A stretch of DNA of 32,000 bases from Candidatus Hadarchaeales archaeon (GCA_038823825.1 JAWBCC010000001.1:330001-362000), one strand, 5' to 3'; positions 9,577 to 17,984 are shown, numbered from the stretch's first letter. Notes: generated by a model not told the origin, from the letters alone. Program-made: numbers and translations.

Positions 9577-11474
9577 GGCCGCCGCCTGAATTTCCGCTTC
9601 TTAAAGAAGTTAGAGCGATTTTGGAATCGGAAAGAACAAAAAAGACGACTGTTTTTGAAAAAATTTGCAAATTTGCCCATCGTATTTTTGGGAAATTCAT
9701 TTCCGATTACAAACTATCCCCGCAAACAGCTGTCAAGTTAAAAGAAGCAGGAATCAACATCACTGGCGGAGAATGGCTCGCAGGCTTTTTGTTTTTCCTA
9801 CTACTTCCTATACTTTCCTTTTTCATTTTCTGGATTCTTAGCCCATCTTTGGTGGAAAACTTTCATATTCTGATTTTGGGATTCCTGCTTGCAGGCTTTT
9901 CTGCGTTAATTTTTCTACTCTATCCAGAGGCGCGTGCATCCTCTCTGGCAGCAAAGGCCCAAACTGACGCGGTTATTACGGTTTCAATCATGGCATTCTC
10001 ACTTTATCATCGACCGGATTTGAACGGAGCACTTGTCAGAGCAGCAGAAGCCACGGATGGAGCTCTTGCAAGAGAGATAAGGCTGGGCCTTTTACAGATG
10101 AAGCAACAGAGAAAATACGGATCGCTCAGACAGCTTCTCACGGACATCGCCGATAGGTGGGGAAAGGCAAACGATAGCATCGGTCAGTCACTTTTTGACA
10201 TCCTTCGGTCAAGTGGAACGATAAGTGAGGAAGCACGTGTTTCTGATGTAATGAAGGCACCGGTTAGAGTCTTAGAGGGATCAGAAGAGCAGCTCTCCAC
10301 TAGATTAAACTCTTTGATACTGCCGACAATAGCCTTCCTGACTTTCGGTTCCCTTCTGATTGTGGCTACTATCGGTCTTTCTCCGGTTCTCGGAGTGCTT
10401 GGACTGTCGTTCATAGATCTCAAATTTTACGTGGGGCTGGCTGCTTTTCTCGTCGTTGTTTTTCTTGCTTTCACTTTGTATCTCTCTGCAAAGAGGCCTT
10501 CAACGATTCATCCAATTGTTCTAGAGACAAGCTGGGAAAATACCACCGGAGGAGTAATGGTCTTCAGACTTTTGATACCTTTTTTAGTTTTCATTACATT
10601 ATCACTTCCGGGAATCTTCTATTTGCTGGAATTTAGAGTTGGTCTGGCCGAAATTTTTACCATGAGTTTGTCTACGCTTTGGATAGTGCTAGCCAGTGGG
10701 GTTTCGATTAGTCTTTATGGATACCTCGGATATTCTACTTTGCTCGAAGCACGAGAAAAAGAAAGGAAAAGGATTGCCGATTGGGAGAACGCGCTAAACA
10801 TTATGGGATCAAAGATGTTAGATGGAAAGTCCGCCGCCAGAGCGATGATCGAAACTGCGGAATTAATGAGAGGAGAGTTATCTTCAGATCTTAAGCTTGC
10901 TGGAGAAAGAATGGAAAAAATTGGCGCCGGAATGGAACATTGTTTGCGCAAAAATGAAAATCCGCTCATTCGCAATTTTATCTCAGTTATTTCTAGCCTA
11001 AGAAGAGAAAGTGAAATTGCTGCTGGCAGGGCATGCATGATTGCAGCCGAGTTTATTCACATGTTACGTAAAACTGAAAAAAGATTCCGAGAGAAAATAA
11101 ACGATGTATTAGGAAATTTGTGGATGATTTCGATAATACTAGTACCGATAGTTTGTGCAATGTCTGTTTGGGTGATGGATGTAGTATCGGGCATGAGGCT
11201 CTCTGTAACAACGCAGATGGAAGCGGCCGGGGTTTCTTGGTATCCCTTTATGCTTGGAATTATGGAAACAAAAGAGCTGGCTATTCTTCGTTTGATCATG
11301 GGTATAACAGCGATACTAATTTCTGTAATAATCGCCTGGTTTATCTCAACGATAAAATCCCCAGGAGACAAAGTGGAGCTCTGGTTATCAATATCAAAAT
11401 CTTCTCTGTTGTCGTCAATAATTTTTGTTCTATCGACCCTACTTCTGGCCTTGATTTCTCCAGCTATGCCTTAA
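9558..11474 (+). CDS. Polytopic membrane protein, FlaJ/TadC/PilC-like (T2SS-F type) platform protein
   Basis: The ORF is open from GTG 9549. ATG 9558 is preceded by GGAG at 9546-9549 with an 8-nt spacer. Two soluble helical blocks (about aa 130-260 and aa 400-510) are each flanked by clusters of long hydrophobic segments, which is the duplicated layout of T2SS-F/FlaJ proteins. It overlaps the 3' end of the ATPase gene. Confidence 0.65.
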   Translation: MASEEIRPPPEFPLLKEVRAILESERTKKTTVFEKICKFAHRIFGKFISDYKLSPQTAVKLKEAGINITGGEWLAGFLFFLLLPILSFFIFWILSPSLVENFHILILGFLLAGFSALIFLLYPEARASSLAAKAQTDAVITVSIMAFSLYHRPDLNGALVRAAEATDGALAREIRLGLLQMKQQRKYGSLRQLLTDIADRWGKANDSIGQSLFDILRSSGTISEEARVSDVMKAPVRVLEGSEEQLSTRLNSLILPTIAFLTFGSLLIVATIGLSPVLGVLGLSFIDLKFYVGLAAFLVVVFLAFTLYLSAKRPSTIHPIVLETSWENTTGGVMVFRLLIPFLVFITLSLPGIFYLLEFRVGLAEIFTMSLSTLWIVLASGVSISLYGYLGYSTLLEAREKERKRIADWENALNIMGSKMLDGKSAARAMIETAELMRGELSSDLKLAGERMEKIGAGMEHCLRKNENPLIRNFISVISSLRRESEIAAGRACMIAAEFIHMLRKTEKRFREKINDVLGNLWMISIILVPIVCAMSVWVMDVVSGMRLSVTTQMEAAGVSWYPFMLGIMETKELAILRLIMGITAILISVIIAWFISTIKSPGDKVELWLSISKSSLLSSIIFVLSTLLLALISPAMP

Positions 11475-11496
11475 AATTTGGACAGAACAAGTTAGG

Positions 11497-12165
11497 ATGA
11501 TGAGATTACACATCGAGAAAAAATTGCAGGAAGATTTTCCCGAAATCTCCGTGCTTGTGCGCGAGATAACTGGAGTTTTAGTCAAAAATAGAGATGAACA
11601 GCTCGAAATTTTCAAGCAGAAGGTCTTTGACAAGCTTCGTAAAACGTATTTCATCGAAGATGTAAAGAATTTGCCAGTTATACGACAATATAGGAGTTTC
11701 TATTGGCGGCTTGGGATAGACCCAACAAAAACTAGGCCAGCAGGCGAAGCGCTATTGCGACGTATACTTCTTGGCAAGGATCTTCCAACAATCAACACGT
11801 TAGTTGATGCGTACAACTTGGCATCGGCGGAGACGGGAGTGGCGATAAGTGCCTTGGATCGAGAAAAAATCAAGGGAGAGCTTGTTCTCAGATATTCCCG
11901 AGTCGGAGAGTTATTTTTTGGAATGGGCATGTCGGCTTCCATGCTCTTGGACGGAGGTAGACCGATAATCTGCGATGACGAGAAGGTTGTTGCTCTCTAT
12001 CCATATCGAGATTCCGAGCTAACGAAGATCACTGAGGAGACAACAAAAGCCGTGTTGATCTTTTGCGGAGTTCCCGGAATAGAAAACAGATTTCTACAGG
12101 AAGTGGCGGAAAAAACCATCACATACATCAAAAGATTTTGTGGGGGAGAAGAAATTCAACAGTAA
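11497..12165 (+). CDS. Stand-alone B3/B4 (PheRS beta-like tRNA-binding/editing) domain protein
   Basis: 222 aa. RSFYWRLGIDPTKTRPAGEALLRR and INTLVDAYNLASAETGVAISALD match the B3_4 domain signature (N..VD..N......G.P.HAFD-like). Confidence 0.8.
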   Translation: MMRLHIEKKLQEDFPEISVLVREITGVLVKNRDEQLEIFKQKVFDKLRKTYFIEDVKNLPVIRQYRSFYWRLGIDPTKTRPAGEALLRRILLGKDLPTINTLVDAYNLASAETGVAISALDREKIKGELVLRYSRVGELFFGMGMSASMLLDGGRPIICDDEKVVALYPYRDSELTKITEETTKAVLIFCGVPGIENRFLQEVAEKTITYIKRFCGGEEIQQ

Positions 12166-12862
12166 ACGTTTTAACTTCCGTCCGCTGTTAGAATTTTTGG
12201 GTGAAAATCTGAAAATTCTGGTCGCTGCAGATTTTCACGGGGCGGCAACAGCAGAGAGCAATCTTTCGAAATTTCTTGAGAGAGGTTACGATTGTGCGAT
12301 TCTCATAGGCGATTTGACAGAGTTTGGGCCACCTGAGGTGGCGGAGAGCATTCTCTCTCTGGTGGAATCGTTCAAAATTCCAGTGCTTTCTGTTCCCGGG
12401 AACTGTGATCCGAAAGATATTCTTGCGATTCTAGACAGACATGGTGCAAATCTGCACGGAAAATGCCGTAAAATTGGTGATGTTATTTTTGTTGGCCTAG
12501 GTGGTTCAAACATCACTCCATTTAGAACCCCTTTTGAATTAACGGAAGCAGAGATTCTTGAGGAACTTTCAGCCTTGCTCGAGGGAGTGAAGGGTCGCTG
12601 GGCACTTGTGACGCATGCTCCTCCGTTTGAAACAAAGCTTGACGAATTGCCTTCGGGAACACATGTTGGCAGCAAAAGCGTGAGACAAATCGTTGAGGAA
12701 AAACAACCATTGCTTTTGGCATGCGGACATATCCATGAGGCACGCGCCATAGACAGGATTAAGAACACGATTATGGTAAATCCTGGTCCAATTTCTAAGG
12801 GTTTTGCCGCCGAGGTTGTGATAACCGAAAATGACGTTCATGTGGAGCTCCTACAGCTATGA
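12140..12862 (+). CDS. Metallophosphoesterase (calcineurin-like phosphoesterase superfamily)
   Basis: 240 aa from GTG 12140. The true start may be TTG 12197, just before LKILVAADFHG. Metal-ligand motifs appear in order: DFHG, IGDLTEFG, PGNCD, THAPP, GHIHE. Confidence 0.8.
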   Translation: MGEKKFNSKRFNFRPLLEFLGENLKILVAADFHGAATAESNLSKFLERGYDCAILIGDLTEFGPPEVAESILSLVESFKIPVLSVPGNCDPKDILAILDRHGANLHGKCRKIGDVIFVGLGGSNITPFRTPFELTEAEILEELSALLEGVKGRWALVTHAPPFETKLDELPSGTHVGSKSVRQIVEEKQPLLLACGHIHEARAIDRIKNTIMVNPGPISKGFAAEVVITENDVHVELLQL

Positions 12863-13053
12863 ACAAAATATACTGTCCACGCTGTGGATCTGATAAGCTC
12901 AGATGGGCTTCTGGACTTCCTCAACTATGGTCGCTCTACGAATGTCTAGAGTGCGGATATCGGGGAGCCTTGGTAGTCACAAATGGGGAGATAGCAGAAA
13001 AAATTAAGAAAGAATTTAGAATTGAGCAATCTGGTTTTACTAAAGAAAAATGA
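12859..13053 (+). CDS. Small zinc-ribbon protein
   Basis: 64 aa. CPRCGS...(22 aa)...CLECGY four-Cys ribbon. ATGA overlap with the phosphoesterase stop suggests translational coupling. Confidence 0.5.
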   Translation: MNKIYCPRCGSDKLRWASGLPQLWSLYECLECGYRGALVVTNGEIAEKIKKEFRIEQSGFTKEK

Positions 13054-13063
13054 AACCGGGGGC

Positions 13064-13903
13064 TCAAATTCGTCGAACAAGCACGTCTATTGCAACATGA
13101 TAACATCTTGGTGCGTAAGATCTGACCTTTCTTCTTCCGATAATTTCGGTCTGAAATCCCAATTTTTCTGCAGTTTCGATTACATATTTTTCAGAAGGCT
13201 CAAACACGTCTGGCTCTTGGCCGTAATCATAAAAGTGGACGATGCCTTTATCTCCGATTGCAAGTAACGCGACAGGGAAAAATTCGCGGCCAAATTCTGG
13301 AAGAGGCATCAGAACTCTGTCGCAAGAATTCGTTAAAAGATTTCTAATAACTTCTCGACAGTCTCCTAAGATGGGCAAGACTTTGTGTCCAACCTTGTTG
13401 AGTCGAATGTTTTCCACCATGAGTTCATAGGCCGAGGGATTTATGTCTATCGAATAAACTACTCTTGGATTTGAATATTTAGCAATCTGGATAGAATAAC
13501 ACCCAACCCCTGCAAACATATTAACCACAACTTCTCCCTGTTGAACCATTTTTACTATGCGCATTCTCTCCGTGCTCAGTCGTGGAGAAAAGTAGACCCG
13601 TGCGAGATCTACCTTAAAGACACAACCATTTTCTCGATGGAAAGTCTCAGTTCTTTTTTCACCTGCGAGCCATTCCAGTTCTCGAGTTCTAAATTCTCCA
13701 CTCACGGGACTAACTTGATTCAAAACCACTTTCACGTTTTTATGAACCCTCATTATCGCTTCAGCTATTATTCTTTTCTTATCTGCGAGTTCATCTGGAA
13801 TTTTCATGATCGCTATATCTCCGACGATATCAAATGCACGTATTCTTTGCAGCTCTTCTTTGGAGAGTTTATCCGCCAGGGCCTCTCGCAAATTTCTGAT
13901 CAT
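13064..13903 (-). CDS. trm5: tRNA (guanine37-N1)-methyltransferase, Trm5/Taw (Met-10+) family
   Basis: 279 aa. FDIVGDIAIMKIP, VYFSPRLSTER, SAM motif VVNMFAGVGCYSIQIAK, SIDINPSAYELMVENIRLNKV, RVLMPLPE and SYAPRCYHVAIDV match Met-10+/Trm5 blocks. I cannot separate Trm5 from the Taw2/Taw22 subtypes by eye. Confidence 0.8.
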   Translation of the reverse strand: MIRNLREALADKLSKEELQRIRAFDIVGDIAIMKIPDELADKKRIIAEAIMRVHKNVKVVLNQVSPVSGEFRTRELEWLAGEKRTETFHRENGCVFKVDLARVYFSPRLSTERMRIVKMVQQGEVVVNMFAGVGCYSIQIAKYSNPRVVYSIDINPSAYELMVENIRLNKVGHKVLPILGDCREVIRNLLTNSCDRVLMPLPEFGREFFPVALLAIGDKGIVHFYDYGQEPDVFEPSEKYVIETAEKLGFQTEIIGRRKVRSYAPRCYHVAIDVLVRRI

Positions 13904-13915
13904 TTTTTGCTCACC

Positions 13916-14533
13916 TCACAACCGCTCGAGAGTTTTCCAGCTTTTTCTAACGAAGTCCGGAAGCTTTCCATATCTTATTTTCCATTCTTTTAGGAATTTG
14001 ATTGTTTTCGGGTCTGAAGGATAGCCGGAACCGAAATCTCCAAATTTCTCGCGCAACATCATTACTGTTCGATCTCTTTCAACTTTCGCTAAGATGGATG
14101 CAGCTGCCACTGGGATATACTTTTTGTCTGCGAAATTTTCTATCACGATTTTCGCAGGCACATGATGAACATATCTCATCAATCTGGCGCGAAATCTTTC
14201 CGGATTGGGATCCACAGAGTCAATATAAACTTCATCGGGTCCAAGTCTGTCGATCAGTAAAGCAAACTTTTCTGCTTCAAGCTCGTTCAGCGCTTCCTTC
14301 CTTCTTGCCCTGTCGATCTCCTCGGGCGAAACTCTTAGAATTTCATATTTGGAGGAAATTCTGCGTATAACTTTTGCCAGTTCTTCTCTTTTCCTGGGTG
14401 TGAGAGTTTTAGAATCACGTACCCCTAATCCTTTCAAATACTCGATATTCTCTCTTTTCAGCAACACTCCACATATCATCATGGGACCTATCACGGGGCC
14501 CCTGCCGGCCTCATCGATTCCGCTTATCATCAA
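13916..14533 (-). CDS. rnhB: Ribonuclease HII
   Basis: 205 aa. GIDEAGRGPVIGPMMICGV, DSK.L....RE and AASILAKV.RD match RNase HII catalytic motifs. Confidence 0.92.
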   Translation of the reverse strand: MMISGIDEAGRGPVIGPMMICGVLLKRENIEYLKGLGVRDSKTLTPRKREELAKVIRRISSKYEILRVSPEEIDRARRKEALNELEAEKFALLIDRLGPDEVYIDSVDPNPERFRARLMRYVHHVPAKIVIENFADKKYIPVAAASILAKVERDRTVMMLREKFGDFGSGYPSDPKTIKFLKEWKIRYGKLPDFVRKSWKTLERL

Positions 14534-14628
14534 ATAACAATGGTTCGAATCTTTATATCCGAAATACTCCGAGGTTACAAAATGACAAACTGAGGCAAAA
14601 ATTTAAATGTCGAACTAATTTCTTCATT

Positions 14629-14913
14629 TTGGTGGTCCATATCGACTTCGCGTACATTGACGAGGAAGAAGAATATGAGGAAGACGAAGACTGGATGGAA
14701 CGCGCAAGATATGAAATAGTCGAGTTCCTGCTAAGAAGATACGGTTTATTAAGGAGTAGTGATATCGCCAAAATTCTAAACTGGAAGGTACGCGAAGTCA
14801 ACAGTGTACTTAAAGATTTGGAAAGCTGTGGTAGGGTTAGAAAAACAAAAATCGGTAAAAGCCAAATGTGGTGCCCCATCGAAGACATCATACATAACCC
14901 GATGTACTATTGA
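14629..14913 (+). CDS. Small winged-helix DNA-binding-like protein with acidic N-terminal tail
   Basis: 94 aa from TTG 14629 (GTG 14632 and ATG 14695 are alternatives). The acidic run is IDEEEEYEEDEDW. It is followed by EIVEFLLRRYGLLRSSDIAKILNWKVREVNSVLKDLESCGRVRKTKIGKSQMW, a helix-turn-helix plus wing pattern. An AAAATTTAAAT block lies about 25 nt upstream. A competing antisense ORF (14553-14891) is low-complexity. Confidence 0.5.
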   Translation: MVVHIDFAYIDEEEEYEEDEDWMERARYEIVEFLLRRYGLLRSSDIAKILNWKVREVNSVLKDLESCGRVRKTKIGKSQMWCPIEDIIHNPMYY

Positions 14914-14975
14914 GACGTTTTTATAGACCAAGGTTTATCCTCATGAGCTAAGAAGAATATGACTGGTGTAGAGAA

Positions 14976-15479
14976 ATGAAGGTTGAGCATCAAAACAAAT
15001 TACGAAAGGTTGGAATTTTGGTGGTCAGCGACACTAGAGCAGAAGCTACTAAGAAAGGCAAAGATACGGATGTCTCTGGGAGAATTTTAGAGAGAGAACT
15101 CAGAAAGAAGGGGTACAACACTATTCGAGAAATCATACCAAATAATGGCAAAATAATAAAGAAAATTCTGCAGAGACTTCTCCGAGATCCCCAGATAAGC
15201 GCAATTTTGATCACCGGTGGTACAGGAATTTCGAAAAGGGACGTCACGATTGAAACAGTGGAACCAATGTATGAAAAATATGTTATGGGAATCGGCGAAG
15301 CGCTCAGAAAGTTGGGTTATGAACGGATAGGTTTTCCTGCTCTTCTCAGTAGAACTTCTGCAGGAATCATAAGTGGTAAGCCGGTGTTTTGCTTGCCAGG
15401 TACGCCGAACGCTGTCAAGGTGAGCATTCGGTTTCTTCTCCAGAATTTTGATTACATCATACGGGAAGCTAGCAAATGA
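14976..15479 (+). CDS. moaB: Molybdenum cofactor biosynthesis protein B (MoaB/MogA family)
   Basis: 167 aa. VGILVVSDTRA, ILITGGTGISKRDVT and CLPGTPNAV match MoaB/MogA blocks. Confidence 0.85.
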   Translation: MKVEHQNKLRKVGILVVSDTRAEATKKGKDTDVSGRILERELRKKGYNTIREIIPNNGKIIKKILQRLLRDPQISAILITGGTGISKRDVTIETVEPMYEKYVMGIGEALRKLGYERIGFPALLSRTSAGIISGKPVFCLPGTPNAVKVSIRFLLQNFDYIIREASK

Positions 15480-15481
15480 GG

Positions 15482-16471
15482 TTAATCTATCGGGTACATC
15501 GCTGGCGAGCATTGCATGAGAAAGCCTGGCTCATTTTCGGCATGCCACCAGAACAGCGCCCGATGGAAGATAGTTCTGTTTTCAAAAGATATGCGCCAAG
15601 TTGGATATCCTCCAAACTTCGTGAAAACACAACTCATACTGATTTCAGCGTTTGCGGGAATTCCTACTGGACCGTTTTGATCAATCCAAGTTCTAGAGCG
15701 TAGACTAGCGAGCGCAAGCTCTGGAGAGATTATCCACCCCTTAAGCAGGGCTTCAGCGGGTGAAGGACATTTCTCGGCTCCTATCCGTTCTGTTCCGATT
15801 TCAATAGTGGGTGTCTCTATTTCTTGTAAACTGGGAATATCATGCTGTAACTCATCCCTCCTGAATGTCAAAATAAATGACTCATTATCCTCCGTCATAA
15901 CGTAGAGGACGTGGTTTTCCAACCAAGAATATCGCACAATATCTTTCCCAGAGTAGAAAAATGCGGCAAGAATGCCGGCAGCTTCTTTCGGGTGATCTTT
16001 TGCGAAAAAATAGAATTCCGGCGGGTTTGGTTCGATGTTTATATTTTCATTTTCTATGGATTCCAAAACACTAAAACATACCAAAAGTTTTTCACCGCTT
16101 CGTTTGAAAAATACGGTTTCATCTTTTGGGAGAGTCAGATTATCGGAAATCATATCAAACGGCACGCCGGCGATATAGGATTTTCCTCTGAGAGGCCCTT
16201 CCAGCAATTCTAGAACAAAGGCGTTCTGATGTATTTTCAACCGATAATTGTACCCCTCGATGTTTTTGGGCAAATCAATCTTACCAAGTACTCCGGTGGA
16301 AAAAGATTGAAATGCCGTCCAGCTCAAATTTGTTACGAAGCCAGATGCTTTCTCATCAATCTTCATAGCAACTTGCTTGTTGTAGATAGTTATGAGGATA
16401 AAAGCAGTCAGAAACGCTGAGACAACGATAAAAATTAGAATGAATGGAAAATCTTCTCCGTCATCTGACAA
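15482..16471 (-). CDS. Hypothetical N-terminally membrane-anchored protein (no family recognised)
   Basis: 329 aa. An acidic start MSDDGED is followed by one long hydrophobic segment FPFILIFIVVSAFLTAFILITIY, then a roughly 290-aa soluble region. There is an 11-nt overlap with the upstream ORF. Confidence 0.55.
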   Translation of the reverse strand: MSDDGEDFPFILIFIVVSAFLTAFILITIYNKQVAMKIDEKASGFVTNLSWTAFQSFSTGVLGKIDLPKNIEGYNYRLKIHQNAFVLELLEGPLRGKSYIAGVPFDMISDNLTLPKDETVFFKRSGEKLLVCFSVLESIENENINIEPNPPEFYFFAKDHPKEAAGILAAFFYSGKDIVRYSWLENHVLYVMTEDNESFILTFRRDELQHDIPSLQEIETPTIEIGTERIGAEKCPSPAEALLKGWIISPELALASLRSRTWIDQNGPVGIPANAEISMSCVFTKFGGYPTWRISFENRTIFHRALFWWHAENEPGFLMQCSPAMYPID

Positions 16472-16856
16472 TTATATCGACCCCTTGATCGGTTCTTACG
16501 ACGTAGACCTCGTAATCCCCCGGACCGAGTGTTAACATCGGAAGCTCCAGTTCCGATTCCAAGCTCAGATTTTCACCCCATGCTTGGACAACAATTTCTT
16601 TAGGCTCTGTACGGAGGGAACAATCTTTTGGAACATGGATTTTGAGCATCCTCGAGCTACCAACCGGCTGGTAGGCTAGGAGCGCCACGCTATCCGAAAA
16701 TTTTCTAACATCCAACATGAAATCGTTTTTAGTTTTCCAAGACATTAGAGCATTCATGGAAAACGTGGCAATAGTTAGAAACATGACACCCAACGCCACC
16801 CACCCCACGAGACGGAAGATCATCATCTTAAGAGACATCCGGACATTTAAAAACAT
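16461..16856 (-). CDS. Hypothetical small membrane-anchored protein (beta-rich ectodomain, no family recognised)
   Basis: 131 aa. Hydrophobic segment MMIFRLVGWVALGVMFLTIATF is followed by about 90 aa with alternating beta-like pattern (KIHVPKDCSLRTEPKEIVVQAW...LGPGDYEVYVVRT). Later Met codons (MSLK, MMIF) are possible starts. Confidence 0.5.
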   Translation of the reverse strand: MFLNVRMSLKMMIFRLVGWVALGVMFLTIATFSMNALMSWKTKNDFMLDVRKFSDSVALLAYQPVGSSRMLKIHVPKDCSLRTEPKEIVVQAWGENLSLESELELPMLTLGPGDYEVYVVRTDQGVDIIVR

Positions 16857-16892
16857 AAGACTTTTGCTTTTTCTGACAATAAGATTAATTTG

Positions 16893-17984
16893 ATGTGGCT
16901 CCCGTTTCGGCCAGATTCGCTTGAAGTACTATCGGATCCACTCGCGAGAAAATCGCTGAATAGATATTTCGCTGTAATGGAGGACAAATTGCCTGCAAGG
17001 TTCCAAATATGCAAGAGAATTTCCGTAAAAATCGATCTTTCGTCGGATGAAAGCATACTTTTAGCCGAACACAAAGCGGCTATGGAGAAGTTCTGGAAAA
17101 CTCTTTCGAAAATCGACGATGGGAAAATAAGGCTACAAGAAATGGAAATCCCGGAAGTTTCTCTTCTCGAACTGAAGATCGAACTTGCTAAGCGAATTCT
17201 CAGAAAATGTCATTTCTGCGAACGGAGGTGTGGAGTAGACAGAACGATTGGTGAGAGAGGAGCTTGTGGGGTCGGAGAAAAGCCAAAAGTGGCTTCGGAG
17301 TTCATGCATTACGGAGAGGAGCCGGAACTAGTTCCGAGCTACACAATATTTTTCTCAGGCTGTACGTTCAAGTGTAGATTTTGCCAGAATTGGGATATCT
17401 CGCAATTTCCGGACGAAGGTACGGAGGCGAATCCAAGAATCTTGGCAAGACTCGTTGAAAATGCGAGAGATAATGGAGCGAGAAACGTGAACTGGGTAGG
17501 AGGAGATCCGACGCCAAACCTTCACGCTATCTTGGAGGCCCTTTGGTTTTGCAAGACTAACATACCAAGTGTGTGGAACTCAAACATGTATCTGACCACC
17601 GAAGCGATGGATTTACTGGCAGGCACTCAGGACATCTACTTGACGGATTTTAAGTACGGAAACGATAAGTGCGCGGAGAGACTTTCTCTAGTTAAAAACT
17701 ACTTTGCTGTCGTTTCTAGAAATCACAAAATTGCTGCTGCGGACTCGGAGTTGATCATAAGACATCTAGTCATGCCAAATCATCTTGAATGTTGCACTTA
17801 TCCGGTGCTGGAATGGATTGCGAAAAATCTTGGACATGAAACTCGCGTGAATATCATGGATCAGTATAGACCAGAATATCTCGCGCCGAAATTTGAAGAC
17901 ATAAACCGTAGGATAACGGTAGAGGAGATGGACAAGGCTCTCAGCTATGCACGAAAGTTTGGTCTGAAAAACATCATTACTTGA
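16893..17984 (+). CDS. Radical SAM enzyme, PflX-like (pyruvate formate-lyase activase homologue family)
   Basis: The ORF is open from TTG 16890 and ATG is at 16893. It has CHFCERRCGVDR..GERGACG (PflX-type N-terminal Cys motif), the radical SAM CTFKCRFCQNW (CxxxCxxC), and a GGDPTPNL glycine-rich SAM motif. Confidence 0.8.
   Translation: MWLPFRPDSLEVLSDPLARKSLNRYFAVMEDKLPARFQICKRISVKIDLSSDESILLAEHKAAMEKFWKTLSKIDDGKIRLQEMEIPEVSLLELKIELAKRILRKCHFCERRCGVDRTIGERGACGVGEKPKVASEFMHYGEEPELVPSYTIFFSGCTFKCRFCQNWDISQFPDEGTEANPRILARLVENARDNGARNVNWVGGDPTPNLHAILEALWFCKTNIPSVWNSNMYLTTEAMDLLAGTQDIYLTDFKYGNDKCAERLSLVKNYFAVVSRNHKIAAADSELIIRHLVMPNHLECCTYPVLEWIAKNLGHETRVNIMDQYRPEYLAPKFEDINRRITVEEMDKALSYARKFGLKNIIT

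Noticed and set aside
12286-12841. Three overlapping minus-strand ORFs (160, 73 and 90 aa) inside the metallophosphoesterase gene
   Set aside because: The plus-strand frame carries the ordered metallophosphoesterase metal-binding motifs. The antisense frames have no motifs and mutually overlap.
14542-14551. GGTTCGAATC, identical to the canonical tRNA T-arm/T-loop consensus, in the rnhB upstream spacer
   Set aside because: The flanking bases (caat / tttat) cannot form the 5-bp T-stem. I could not build an acceptor stem or anticodon arm around it. It is a chance match.
14553-14891. 112-aa minus-strand ORF competing with the wHTH ORF
   Set aside because: It is Ser/Leu-rich and low-complexity (SSSSYSSSSS) without a recognisable fold pattern. 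The plus-strand frame gives a coherent winged-helix pattern and has a TATA-like block upstream. This is not fully excluded.
14629-14913. Z-alpha (Z-DNA binding) domain assignment for the small wHTH protein
   Set aside because: The K...N spacing in the recognition helix and the wing Trp superficially resemble Z-alpha. However, the position of the key Tyr is occupied by Lys and the wing lacks the Pro-Pro. Only a generic wHTH call is justified.
15482-16856. The two anchored orphan proteins as type IV pilins for the FlaI/FlaJ-like pair
   Set aside because: Neither N-terminus has the charged-residue/Gly-or-Ala junction before the hydrophobic segment expected of class III signal peptides. Five unrelated housekeeping genes separate them from the ATPase. 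They are kept only as an open question.
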